Positions 30,369 to 40,418 are shown, counted from the first letter of the stretch. The stretch: 64,000 bases of DNA from Syntrophales bacterium (GCA_041648505.1 JBAZOY010000002.1:2200-66199), one strand, 5' to 3'. A program made the numbers and translations. The notes: generated by a model not told the origin, from the letters alone.

Positions 30369-31601
30369 TTATTCTTGTCTTGCCCATTCAGGTGATTTCC
30401 TCAGTACCGGCATTCTGTTTACAATCCATCTGAATACCCATATCTCCGCAAATACTATGGAGAGTGTTATTACAATCTCAATCCAGGTCGGAAAGTACCT
30501 TTCGCTCATAGGTAGATACCATTTATAAGCAATACAAACGTAGTCTAACCTATTGATAATAATGCCGAGCATTGTGATAACAGCGGCAACGCGAATGGAG
30601 ATAAGGTTTCTATCCTTTACGCCTTGTACGAAGAGGACGCAGGGAATGAGTATAAATCCAATCAATTCAAATACATACCAGTACCCCATGGGGGTATTTA
30701 AGAGAGACCAGTGTTTGCCGTGGATGAATATGAGAACCTTTAAGAAGAAATAACCAAACATGGTAACTGCACATATCTTTCCAAGGCCTACTAATATATC
30801 GTTATAGGATCGGTGATGATCCTCGTCTATCTGCCGGCTGAATACCCTATGGCTTATCGTTCCCTCGAATATTACCATCGAAAGTCCTGCAAAAATACTG
30901 GATATCAAGAATAGTACAGGGATAAACTCGGTGTACCACAGGGGATGAATCTTCCCTTTTGCCATCATAACCAGGGCCCCGAGGCCTGATTGGTGTAATG
31001 TGGAGAGGGTGATTCCAAAAATCACTGCTCCCAGGGTCAGTGAACCAAGGATTTTTCTGAGTCTCTTCAATCCGAGCCATTCTGCAATTGCCGGAGAAAA
31101 TTCAACAAGTTCTGCCAACGTGTAAAGCATGAAGTGCCAGACAACGAGAAACAGGACAGAATTTACCCCGAATTTATTTCCAATTATAGGATTGGCTATG
31201 TTCCACCAACGGCCACAATCCAGCAAGATCGCACCCGCATAAAAGACGTAGGCAAGAAAGCCGTTAAGAACAGTTGCCCTTATTATTGGATGATACTTTT
31301 TTAACCCAAGGATATAAACGACGAAGGTAAGGACATATGCTCCTCCTGCAAACGCAACACCTGTCATAACATCAAATCCGATCCATATTCCCCACGGAAA
31401 TTCTTGAGAAAGGTTGGTGACAGGGTAGCCCAGTCCCTTTGCAAGACGATAAACAATGAGAATTACACCGAGGAGTATTGTAGGAGCAGAAATTACGTTA
31501 AAGACCGTGAAACCCCTTCCCTTTGGCTTTAATTCAGTGATTATAAAGGTCACAAAATCTCCGAAGCTTTCTATCTCTCCTTTTGCCATTTTTCCATTCA
31601 T
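30369..31601 (-). CDS. NrfD/PsrC-family integral membrane quinone-interacting subunit (HmcC/NhcC-like)
   Basis: 410 aa with about 10 TM helices, directly downstream of a Tat-exported 4Fe-4S subunit. Confidence 0.8.
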   Translation of the reverse strand: MNGKMAKGEIESFGDFVTFIITELKPKGRGFTVFNVISAPTILLGVILIVYRLAKGLGYPVTNLSQEFPWGIWIGFDVMTGVAFAGGAYVLTFVVYILGLKKYHPIIRATVLNGFLAYVFYAGAILLDCGRWWNIANPIIGNKFGVNSVLFLVVWHFMLYTLAELVEFSPAIAEWLGLKRLRKILGSLTLGAVIFGITLSTLHQSGLGALVMMAKGKIHPLWYTEFIPVLFLISSIFAGLSMVIFEGTISHRVFSRQIDEDHHRSYNDILVGLGKICAVTMFGYFFLKVLIFIHGKHWSLLNTPMGYWYVFELIGFILIPCVLFVQGVKDRNLISIRVAAVITMLGIIINRLDYVCIAYKWYLPMSERYFPTWIEIVITLSIVFAEIWVFRWIVNRMPVLRKSPEWARQE

Positions 31602-31635
31602 CTGCTCATCCCCATTTAATCGTTATTCAAATATA

Positions 31636-32493
31636 TTAATCTTCCTCTCGTCTTGTCGCACGGTTCATTCCAAGCAAAATCAGAGGCAAGAGGACCAGTA
31701 CGAAGGGGACAGCGTAGAGAAAACCGGTAGTAAATTCCGGATAGGCGATTGTTCCGAGATCTATACGGAAACCTAGCTGTTCAAAGGGAACTGCTGACAG
31801 ATAGAGATATGAAGTGCCACCTACTTCATTCCCACCATACACATGGTGGACATAATTATTGGGATTTTGAAAGAAGCGTCTATTGGCTTCATCAAGAATG
31901 TTCCTCCTCGTGCCGAATTTTAATGCTTCTACCGGACAGGCTTCAACACAGGCAGGAAAGATTTCCCCCTCCTGAAACCTATCCCAGCAGAGGTTACACT
32001 TCTGAATTTTGGGCGCAGCACTATTGTATTCAAATTTTGTCATGTCAAAAGGACAAGAGAACATGCATAGCCTGCAACCTATACAATTTGTATCCCAGGT
32101 GACATGGGCTTCCTTCCTTTTTTTCATGGCCTTTACGAGACATGCCGCAACACAGGCAGGCTGATTGCAGTGCATACACTGCTGTTTCACAAAAATTCTT
32201 CCCTTCTCAGTTTCATAGCGATTCACAACAGTCCACCGGGTTTCTGTCGTTTTTCTTTTATGTTTAAATACAGAATCATTGGAGATATCAGGTAGGGGCA
32301 AGTTATGCGCCTGAGCACATGCCATCTCGCACCGCATGCAGCCGATACATCGTGTTGTATCTACAAGAACACCAAAAAATTCGCTGACCCCGGCAGCAGT
32401 TTTGGCACCGACATGAGAAGGCATCAAAAGATTTCCACAGGCAGCTCCTCCTATTCCTGTTCCTATAGTCTTCAGGAATTTCCTCCTGTCCAT
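31636..32493 (-). CDS. Tat-exported multi-[4Fe-4S] ferredoxin subunit with C-terminal TM anchor (HmcB/NhcB/NrfC-like)
   Basis: Tat signal 'MDRRKFLKTIG'. Cys clusters 'CIGCMRCEMAC', 'CMHCNQPACVAAC', 'CIGCRLCMFSCP' and 'CNLC...CVEACP'. Hydrophobic tail 'FLYAVPFVLVLLPLILLG'. Confidence 0.88.
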   Translation of the reverse strand: MDRRKFLKTIGTGIGGAACGNLLMPSHVGAKTAAGVSEFFGVLVDTTRCIGCMRCEMACAQAHNLPLPDISNDSVFKHKRKTTETRWTVVNRYETEKGRIFVKQQCMHCNQPACVAACLVKAMKKRKEAHVTWDTNCIGCRLCMFSCPFDMTKFEYNSAAPKIQKCNLCWDRFQEGEIFPACVEACPVEALKFGTRRNILDEANRRFFQNPNNYVHHVYGGNEVGGTSYLYLSAVPFEQLGFRIDLGTIAYPEFTTGFLYAVPFVLVLLPLILLGMNRATRREED

Positions 32494-32604
32494 TTATACT
32501 TCCTCCTACTTATTGTGTTAACCTAATAGATATGAATTTCTTATTTTATTTTTAGTCTACGTCCTTACAAAAAGAATAATCCACGATTGCCAACTCCCCA
32601 TTCT

Positions 32605-33639
32605 CTATTGAATAGCCTGGTTTTTACGAGTCGATGTTTTGTTCTTAAGATTCTCAGCATGACAATCAGTACATTTTAAAGGTTTTAGTCCCATCTTATT
32701 ATGACAGTTAATACACTGGAGATGGTATGCTGCGGTTAGGCCTGTTTTATTCAAATTCTGGAGGTCAACAGAACTGTCATGGCAGTCTCTACATAGTGGA
32801 AGAGGGTTTTTAGATTCAATCGGGGGATAATGGTGACAGCCTGCACAGATAGTGTTTTGATTAACATGGAAATAATCGGCTAATTTGCTTTTATCCGAAA
32901 TTCCAGATAATTTTCTGACATGTGCGAGATGAGAGAACCGCACCGGCATATATTCCTTTTTTAAGAAACCAATATCTACCACTTTGGGCACCTTTTTCAG
33001 CAGAGACTTATCTAAAGTCTTAAGTCTTAGAACGGCTTTATCTTTCCTGGAAAGTCCGCTATGGCAAACGCGGCATGATGCGTTCATTGGAGCACCTTTT
33101 ATTAAATAGTGACAGCCGGCACAGTTGGGTTCTGACTTCTTAGATTCATGGCAACCACCACAGCTACGTCCGGATGATACCTTATGATATACATTCGCCA
33201 AAGTAACTTTGTTCCCCTTTGCACTTCTTTTGAGAGGATGACATGTCTTGCAGCTACTAAGAGTTTTGTGGTGGCAAGTTAGGCATGAATGAGTATAGCT
33301 TTCATGTGAACTATGGTCGAAAAAAACCCCTTTCATTCTGGCACCTTCAATACTAATGAGTACTTTGCCCGGTTGATCTCGTTCCGGTTTGGAAACATCG
33401 GCTATTTCATTGATTGTCCGGTGCTTAGTTTTAACATTAGATCCTTCACGGTTAGAAGGATCTGCCAATCCTTTGAATATGTCCGTGTCCGAAATGAGGA
33501 TTGGACGTTTAATTACATTTTCAGCACTATACTCTCCAGACCAGCTATTTCCTGTCTTTCTATACAAGAAACAAAACGTGCATAACCCTATTAAAACAAT
33601 AAAAACCAAGAGTTTCTTATTCCGAGTATTCACAGTCAT
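32605..33639 (-). CDS. Nine-heme c-type cytochrome (NhcA-like)
   Basis: Nine CXXCH motifs counted: CLTCH, CKTCH, CGGCH, CAGCH, CRVCH, CAGCH, CRDCH, CINCH, CTDCH. An N-terminal hydrophobic signal/anchor is present. Confidence 0.88.
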   Translation of the reverse strand: MTVNTRNKKLLVFIVLIGLCTFCFLYRKTGNSWSGEYSAENVIKRPILISDTDIFKGLADPSNREGSNVKTKHRTINEIADVSKPERDQPGKVLISIEGARMKGVFFDHSSHESYTHSCLTCHHKTLSSCKTCHPLKRSAKGNKVTLANVYHKVSSGRSCGGCHESKKSEPNCAGCHYLIKGAPMNASCRVCHSGLSRKDKAVLRLKTLDKSLLKKVPKVVDIGFLKKEYMPVRFSHLAHVRKLSGISDKSKLADYFHVNQNTICAGCHHYPPIESKNPLPLCRDCHDSSVDLQNLNKTGLTAAYHLQCINCHNKMGLKPLKCTDCHAENLKNKTSTRKNQAIQ

Positions 33640-33707
33640 TTCACTTACACAATTTTAGATAAATGCAACAGCATGTCCCTTCGTATGAACAATAATTAAA
33701 TGATAGC

Positions 33708-33917
33708 TTAGTTGCATTTTCCCCCGCAAACGAAATCGGTCGCAGATATATTTATAATGGGATCAATCTTTCACAACACATTAACACCTTTGAAGACGAT
33801 CTTCGGTACTCCAGGTAATGGAGTGACTTCGACCATATGGACGACCCTTTCCACAGAAGGAAGACATAATGCATTGTGTTGTTCATCCAGAGTAAAGACA
33901 ACAAGTTGACCGTTCAT
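33708..33917 (-). pseudogene. CheW-like domain remnant (N-terminal ~70 codons, in-frame TGA)
   Basis: Own translation: MNGQLVVFTLDEQHNALCLPSVERVVHMVEVTPLPGVPKIVFKGVNVL*KIDPIINISATDFVCGGKCN*. GGAGG lies upstream. This matches the CheW pattern F.L....ALP...V.EV...TP.PG.P....GV.N.RG..(I/V)P, with the TGA at the position of the conserved Gly. Confidence 0.55.
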
Positions 33918-34510
33918 AGGGTATACCTCCTATCCAAACTGAATCTCTTGGACGCCTTAGTTCCAAAATCTAATAGTATATCGAACGTCGATGAATAAAA
34001 CTTTCAGGGCTCTTGTTTTATAAGGTAAATGGATACTGTGACTTTAAATTTCTATTTTGAGAATGTTTCCGGAGTCATATGTAGTTTTCTTTCTGGTGAA
34101 CAACTATAGCCGTTGTATTGTAAGGATTGTTCACGCCAAGTGACGTTATCAAAACACCTTTGGTATTGCAACGCAAAAGTATCACACGTAATAATTTACC
34201 TCTTGATAAATAGAGCGCTCGTTCTATTTTACAGCGGCCTGGCTTTCTCAAAGGAATACACGTAGAAAATTCAACGTGTTATATCAGTTGACAAATATCG
34301 TAATGGGTAGTAATGGAAGCCTTATTTGTTTTGATGTTGTTGTCCATCTTCTTTTTATTGACGGAAAAGGTTGGGCTTTTCTTAGGCTTGGATTCAGAAG
34401 ACGCGAATTAAGGATTTTTCGGGCGCCATGCCGTCACAGCATAGCGCTGATAAATACAAGTTTCAAAGCTCTAAGACTAATCAGTGTCGTTAGCAGGGGA
34501 GGTGTGCTCA

Positions 34511-36799
34511 ATGAAGGATAGAGATAAGACCAGGAATCAATTCATCGGCGGGCTTTCGGGTATGCACTGCCTGTTCACTGGTATGGACAAGACGACAGAA
34601 AAATTACAAGCTGCCTTTGATGCGATTAGTGACGCTGTTTGCCTTCTGGATAATGAACGCCGGATTGCACATTGTAATCCGGCGATGGCAAGACTGATAG
34701 GGAAGTCTACGGATGAAGTCATCGGACGCACTTGCTGGGAGCTGGTGCATGGGACGCAGGAGCCTGTTCAAGGATGTCCTATTGTTCGTTCATGGCAGAC
34801 ACTTGAAAGGGAAACGATGATTCAGAGGATTGGGGGGCACCTATTTGAGGAATCCGTTTATCCGATACTGAACGGGCAAAGATATCCTATTGCTGCCGTT
34901 CATATGATTTCTAACATCACCGAACGCAAGCAAAAGGAAGAGTCGCATCAGACAATCATAAAAACAGCCCTTGACGGTTTCTGGCTTACCAATCTGGAAG
35001 GTAAATTCCTTGAAGTCAACGGCTCCTATTGCGGAATGGTAGGTTATACTCAAGATGAACTGTTGAACATGTCCATAATGGATATCGAGGCCGAAGAAAA
35101 TCCCGAGGATACTGCCCGGCGCATAAAAAAAATTGTGGAGACGGGTTCCGACCGCTTCTTAAGCCGGCATAGATGTAAAAGCGGCGATATAATTGATGTT
35201 GAGGTTAGTGTAAATTATCTTGGTGGTGCAGGAGAAGAGCGCCTGTTTGTATTTGTCCGTGATGTCACTGAACGTAAGAAGGCGGAAGCGGCATTTAAGG
35301 AGAGTGAGACAAAATATCGGATGCTGGTGGAAAGACTGCATGCAGGTGTCTATCAGGCAGACCGTGACGGTACTTTTCTCACTATGAACACCTCCGGCGC
35401 AAAAATACTCGGCTTTGATTCGGCGGAGCAGGTTGTCGGCAAGTACCGGACTGCGGATTTTTACCCGGATTTGAGCGTACGCCGGCAGAAAATCCCGGGA
35501 TTAAACGAAGAAGGCTTTGCCATACGGGAGATGCAGTTAAAACGGAGGGACGGTTCCCTGATATGGGTTCTTGCCAACATTAATTCCCGGCACAAAGAGA
35601 ATGGCGATATCATTGGTTATGAAGGGACGTTTGCTGAAATTACCGAGCGTAAGCGACTGGAAGAAGAATACCGAAAAGTGGCCAAACTTGAATCGCTGGG
35701 CGTTCTTGCCGGCGGCATTGCCCATGACTTTAATAATCTGCTCACCGGTGTCATAGGCAATATCAGCCTGATGAAATTCTATGTTCAGACCGGGGACAAA
35801 ATTTACAATCTTCTGCAAGAAGCGGAAAAGGCATCGCTGCGTACCAGGGGTCTGACCAAGCAGTTGCTGACTTTTGCCCGTGGCGGCGCCCCTGTCAAGA
35901 AAACAGCCGATATTGCCGAACTGGTCAGGGAAACGGCAGGTTTTGTTCTTAGGGGTTCCGGAGTGAAGTGTGAATTTTCCATGCCGGATGACCTCTGGGG
36001 TGCAGAGGTGGATGAGGGGCTGATAAGCCAGGTCATCCATAACTTGGTCATCAATGCCGACGAAGCCATGCGGAAAATGGGGGTGCTTAATGTGCGCGCA
36101 CGAAACATCATCATTGGAGAGCATGATAATCTGCCATTGCCTGGAGGCAGGTACATTGAGATAGAACTGGAAGACCACGGTACAGGTATCGCCGCAGAGG
36201 ACATGAGCCGTATTTTTGACCCGTACTTTACTACCAAGGTCGGGGGGAGCGGGCTGGGACTGACGGCGGCTTACTCAATCGTGAGGGACCACCAGGGTTA
36301 CATTGCCGTTGAATCGGAGCCGGGCGTTGGTAGTACCTTCCGATTTTATCTGCCGGTCATGAAGGGAAAAGAGATGGAGGAGAGAGTGAAGACCTCTCCC
36401 AAGGAGGGAAATACGGAGGGTGGGGCAAGAATACTGGTTATGGATGATGAGGAGATGATACGGATGCTTCTGGAACATGCATTGACGCTTGCCGGATATG
36501 AAGTGGAGGTCGCCCGTGACGGCTCTGAGGCAGTAAAATGCTATCAAGCGGCCAAAGAGGAAGGCAGGCCTTTTGATCTTGTGATACTTGACCTGACTGT
36601 ACCCGGCGGGATGGGAGGCAAGGAAGCGATCAAAAGACTGCTTGAAGTAGACCCTGAAGTCAAGGCGATTGTTTCCAGTGGCTATGCTGATGACTTGGCA
36701 ATGGCGCACTTCAGAGACTACGGCTTCAAGGCGGTTGCCCGTAAGCCGTTCACCGTACCTGATCTGAGAAGAATAGTAGGAGAGGTGCTGAGTCGATAG
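34511..36799 (+). CDS. Hybrid sensor histidine kinase (multiple PAS, HisKA, HATPase_c, C-terminal receiver)
   Basis: H-box 'GIAHDFNNLLTGV', 'LEDHGTGI', 'GGSGLGLTAAYSIV', and receiver 'ILVMDDEE...DLVILDLTVPGGMGG'. I prefer the ATG at 34511 (GGGGAGG RBS). Confidence 0.9.
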   Translation: MKDRDKTRNQFIGGLSGMHCLFTGMDKTTEKLQAAFDAISDAVCLLDNERRIAHCNPAMARLIGKSTDEVIGRTCWELVHGTQEPVQGCPIVRSWQTLERETMIQRIGGHLFEESVYPILNGQRYPIAAVHMISNITERKQKEESHQTIIKTALDGFWLTNLEGKFLEVNGSYCGMVGYTQDELLNMSIMDIEAEENPEDTARRIKKIVETGSDRFLSRHRCKSGDIIDVEVSVNYLGGAGEERLFVFVRDVTERKKAEAAFKESETKYRMLVERLHAGVYQADRDGTFLTMNTSGAKILGFDSAEQVVGKYRTADFYPDLSVRRQKIPGLNEEGFAIREMQLKRRDGSLIWVLANINSRHKENGDIIGYEGTFAEITERKRLEEEYRKVAKLESLGVLAGGIAHDFNNLLTGVIGNISLMKFYVQTGDKIYNLLQEAEKASLRTRGLTKQLLTFARGGAPVKKTADIAELVRETAGFVLRGSGVKCEFSMPDDLWGAEVDEGLISQVIHNLVINADEAMRKMGVLNVRARNIIIGEHDNLPLPGGRYIEIELEDHGTGIAAEDMSRIFDPYFTTKVGGSGLGLTAAYSIVRDHQGYIAVESEPGVGSTFRFYLPVMKGKEMEERVKTSPKEGNTEGGARILVMDDEEMIRMLLEHALTLAGYEVEVARDGSEAVKCYQAAKEEGRPFDLVILDLTVPGGMGGKEAIKRLLEVDPEVKAIVSSGYADDLAMAHFRDYGFKAVARKPFTVPDLRRIVGEVLSR

Positions 36800-36851
36800 A
36801 TACCTGTAAGGTACGTCCGGGGCACCCGAAACATAAGAAAGAGGAATAGAT

Positions 36852-38078
36852 ATGACGACCGTAAAAACAATGGAGACGGAAGACAAGTACGCAGTACCGT
36901 TCTTCAATAAGATACCGATTTCCATAGAGCGAGGGGAAGGGGTTTACGTTTGGGATGAAGAAGGAAACAGGTTTATGGACTTTACTTCGGGTTGGGGAGT
37001 AACCTGTCTTGGCCACGCTCATCCTGTAATTACTGATGCGCTTCAGGCGCAAGGTAAAAAGATTATCCAGAATCCAAATTCAGGCTTGACCTATTCTCCC
37101 GTGCGTGCTGCTCTCCTGATGCTAATAAGTCAAATACTGCCATCAAACCTGACAAGGGTATTCTTCTCCAACAGCGGTGCAGAGGCAAACGACGCCGCCA
37201 TTAAATTGGCACGCAAAGTTACGGGAAGACTGGATGTCATATCCACTGTTCAGAGTTTCCATGGAAGGACCATCAGCACGGCATCGGCAACGGGACAGGC
37301 CAAGCACCGGCAAAAATTTAATCCGTTGATGCCTAACTACAGGTTCATCCCTTTTAATAACATAAAATCATTAAGAGAGAGTCTCGATACCGATGTAGCG
37401 GCAGTGATCATGGAGCCGATACAGGGTGAAGGCGGGGTTCAGATTCCTTCAGAGGGTTATCTCGAACAGGTAAGCAGGCTGTGCAAGGCAAATGGCAGCC
37501 TGTTAATAATAGACGAAATACAAACGGGATTTTGCCGTTGCGGTACTATGTTTGCTATCAGCCCCCTGAAGGTTGAGGCAGACTTTCTGACGATGGCCAA
37601 GGGTATTGCCGGAGGTTTCCCTTTCGGTGCCTTTGCCATGACGGAAGATGTTGCTGCTAAGGTAGAAGTGGGTGATCATGGTGGTACATACTGCGGCAAT
37701 CCTCTTGGTTGTGCCGTATCATATGCCGTTATCAAACATCTGGTAGACAATAATATCTGTGCCAATGCCGCAGAAATAGGCAGCCTTGCCCTTAGTCGAA
37801 TGAATGAATGGAAACAGACATATCCGGAGATTATTATTGATATTCGCGGCAAAGGCTTGCTCCTGGCAGTTGAATTCATAAATGAAGAGGCAGCCACCTG
37901 CATAAGCGATGAATGTCTTGCCAAAGGACTGTTCATCAGACAAACACAGGGAAATATGATCCGTATATTTCCGGCTCTGAATATCAAGCGCGAAGAAATG
38001 GAGGAAGGACTTTCTATATTGAGAGAGGCAATTGAAGGTTTTATAGGGCTAAAAGTTAAAAGGAGAGGGAAACAATAG
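36852..38078 (+). CDS. Class-III pyridoxal-phosphate aminotransferase (acetylornithine/GABA aminotransferase-like)
   Basis: 'GEGVYVWDEEGNRFMDFTSGWGVTCLGHAHP', 'NSGAEANDAAIKLARK', 'IIDEIQTGFCRCG', 'MAKGIAGGFP'. Confidence 0.85.
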   Translation: MTTVKTMETEDKYAVPFFNKIPISIERGEGVYVWDEEGNRFMDFTSGWGVTCLGHAHPVITDALQAQGKKIIQNPNSGLTYSPVRAALLMLISQILPSNLTRVFFSNSGAEANDAAIKLARKVTGRLDVISTVQSFHGRTISTASATGQAKHRQKFNPLMPNYRFIPFNNIKSLRESLDTDVAAVIMEPIQGEGGVQIPSEGYLEQVSRLCKANGSLLIIDEIQTGFCRCGTMFAISPLKVEADFLTMAKGIAGGFPFGAFAMTEDVAAKVEVGDHGGTYCGNPLGCAVSYAVIKHLVDNNICANAAEIGSLALSRMNEWKQTYPEIIIDIRGKGLLLAVEFINEEAATCISDECLAKGLFIRQTQGNMIRIFPALNIKREEMEEGLSILREAIEGFIGLKVKRRGKQ

Positions 38079-38171
38079 ATAGAATAAAGGCGGGTATAAT
38101 CGTTGCAACCGGCATTGTTGGTCAGAATTGTTTATATTTCTGATTATGAACCGGCTGGGGCAGAGAAAAAA

Positions 38172-38417
38172 TCAACCGCCTTCCAGGACAGGAAGAAGAA
38201 GTACATTATCACCCTCCTTTAAGATCGTTTGCGGGAGGGCATTTGTATGATTGACCATTATAACCGGCCGTTCGCTTTCAAAAGAAAGGTTATCAAATTT
38301 CCGGCTCAGCAAATTTAACAATTCTGCTATAGTAGCGCCTTCAGCTAAAACGACGGACAGATGATCAACGCCGGTGATTTGGCGGAAAAATGCGAAAAAT
38401 TTAACAGTTACCTGCAT
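38172..38417 (-). CDS. MoaD/ThiS-family sulfur-carrier protein
   Basis: 81 aa with a beta-grasp-like sequence ending in the C-terminal 'LEGG' diglycine. It lies downstream of aor on the same strand. Confidence 0.8.
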   Translation of the reverse strand: MQVTVKFFAFFRQITGVDHLSVVLAEGATIAELLNLLSRKFDNLSFESERPVIMVNHTNALPQTILKEGDNVLLLPVLEGG

Positions 38418-38510
38418 ATTTTAAAAAATCCGTGAGAGCTTTGAATCTTTTGTAAAAAACATATAAAATATAAATGTATGTCAGTCGGACGCGTTTTGAG
38501 CTTTACTTTT

Positions 38511-38537
38511 GTTTCCAAAGGTCTAAGCTTTGGAAAC
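38511..38537 (-). other. Perfect 10-bp hairpin between aor and moaD-like genes
   Basis: GTTTCCAAAG (38511-38520), a 7-nt loop, then CTTTGGAAAC (38528-38537). No U-tract follows on the minus (gene) strand. Confidence 0.5.
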
Positions 38538-38555
38538 CTCTCATATCAGTATCGT

Positions 38556-40418
38556 TTATCCGTATAGATCCTTCACAACGTCATCCATCCCACCAAGCTC
38601 TTCAAGTGATTTGCGACTCGGTTTTCCGGTCTCTTCATCCCATTCCATGGCAGCAAAAAAATTACGCGCCAGAGATTTGTGGTCGATCGTCACGCCGGCA
38701 AGAGATCCATGTTCCAGGGGCGGTTCTCCTACCGATCTTTTGGGAAGAACAAAGTCGGACGGCTTGAAACCTTCACGCAGATTGAAAGCATGTCTTAGAC
38801 CCATAACGCGCTTCAATATTTTTTCCTGAGCCGTATCATCGAAAATCCAGCCTGTCACAGCTTCCAGCAATTTTATTTCCATGTCGCGCATAACAAGTGT
38901 ACTGAACATACAGATTCCCGATACCTGGAGAAGTTCCATGCGGCTGGTCATTGCCACATCCTTGGGACCTGTATCGCTGTTATCGTAACTAACCGGATTT
39001 CTTCTATTTGCTCCTTGCCACATTCCCCCTTTTACATGGCGCGCCGGGGTCGGATCAACTTGATAGGTTCGCGCATATCCTGGAGTGAGCCTTGGGTCAT
39101 GCATAGGCAGCTCGATGCCCTTCACGGTCTGGAGATATTCAAAGCCTTTTCCCAGTTTTCTGGCCGCACCTGAGGAACCAAGTGCCAGTATTTTACCAAA
39201 GCCTCTGTTGTCCGCTATCGCCTGTGTGATTTCTACAATGGCCTTGGCATTGCCCCAGGTCAACTCTATCCCTTCTGTTTCCTGTTTAGAAAGAACTCCA
39301 TTTTCATAACATTCAATAGCCCAGGCTATCGTTGCGCCTGCAGATATAGTGTCAAAACCGTACCGGTTGCATATATCATTACATTTAATAATCGACTCCG
39401 CATTGTCATTGAGGCACATAGTGCCGAAGGCAGCCGAGGTCTCGTACTCGGGCCGGAAGGTTTCTTTAAGCGGCCACTCGCCGTCCTTTACTTCATACCC
39501 GGCACCGCATCCAATTATGCAATTGGCACAGGCGTATTTTTTTGTCATATACTTGTGCATACTCATAGCACTGATCTTATCGGCTTTCTCCTCGCCGAAA
39601 TCTGAGATACCCACCCCACTCCAATTTTTCACGGGGCTGTCTCCGGAAAGAGCGCTCGCACCGCTGCCCATGCCGGTACCTAATTTTCCAAAAGCCTCGG
39701 CCATTTGAGCAGTAGGCCCGTTTTTCATCGAATCTTTAGCTGCCCTGTTGATCTCTTTTAGTTTTTCAGGATCGGCTACCGGGACCTCTCCCGTCCCCCG
39801 TACGGCAATCGCTTTGAGTTTTTTTGCACCCATTACTGCTCCGGGCCCGCCACGGCCCGCCGCCCGGTGCTTTTCATTTATTACACAAGCCATTAAAGAC
39901 AGATTCTCTCCGGCAGGTCCTATAACAGCTGCCCTGAGCCCTTTATTCCCTATATCTCCGGTCAATATATCAAGGGTCTCAACAGTATCTTTGCCCCATA
40001 ATTTTGCGGCATCCCGGATCTCAGTTTTTCCATCTTTGATCCAGATGTAAACCGGCTTGTCGGATGATCCTGAAATAAAAACAGCATCATACCCCGCTTT
40101 TTTAAGTTCCGGGCCGAAAAAACCGCCCGAGTTTGCATCGTTCCAGCCGCCGGTTACGGGTGACTTACAAACTACTGCAAATCGGCTTCCCAAGAATGCC
40201 CCCGTACCGTTTAATGGCCCGGTTACAAAACCCAGAACATTGTCCGGCCCAAGGGGATCTACACCCGGCTTCATCATACTGTAGAGAACACGGACACCGA
40301 TTCCATAACCACCAATAAACTGCCTTGCCATATCTTCGCATAGTTCCTTTTCCTTGATCTTCCCCTCAGTGAGATCTACGAAAAGCATCTTGCCGGTATA
40401 TCCACCTTTCATATTCAT
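38556..40418 (-). CDS. aor: Aldehyde:ferredoxin oxidoreductase (tungstopterin AOR family)
   Basis: N-terminus 'GGYTGKMLFVDLTEGKI'. 620 aa with AOR_N/AOR_C-like organisation, including 'RAAGRGGPGAVMGAKKLKAIAVRG' and 'CANCIIGCG'. Confidence 0.9.
   Translation of the reverse strand: MNMKGGYTGKMLFVDLTEGKIKEKELCEDMARQFIGGYGIGVRVLYSMMKPGVDPLGPDNVLGFVTGPLNGTGAFLGSRFAVVCKSPVTGGWNDANSGGFFGPELKKAGYDAVFISGSSDKPVYIWIKDGKTEIRDAAKLWGKDTVETLDILTGDIGNKGLRAAVIGPAGENLSLMACVINEKHRAAGRGGPGAVMGAKKLKAIAVRGTGEVPVADPEKLKEINRAAKDSMKNGPTAQMAEAFGKLGTGMGSGASALSGDSPVKNWSGVGISDFGEEKADKISAMSMHKYMTKKYACANCIIGCGAGYEVKDGEWPLKETFRPEYETSAAFGTMCLNDNAESIIKCNDICNRYGFDTISAGATIAWAIECYENGVLSKQETEGIELTWGNAKAIVEITQAIADNRGFGKILALGSSGAARKLGKGFEYLQTVKGIELPMHDPRLTPGYARTYQVDPTPARHVKGGMWQGANRRNPVSYDNSDTGPKDVAMTSRMELLQVSGICMFSTLVMRDMEIKLLEAVTGWIFDDTAQEKILKRVMGLRHAFNLREGFKPSDFVLPKRSVGEPPLEHGSLAGVTIDHKSLARNFFAAMEWDEETGKPSRKSLEELGGMDDVVKDLYG

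Noticed and set aside
35537-36925. 213-, 144- and 216-aa minus-strand ORFs
   Set aside because: They are antisense to the hybrid histidine kinase and the aminotransferase start. No motifs were recognised, and they overlap each other in different frames.
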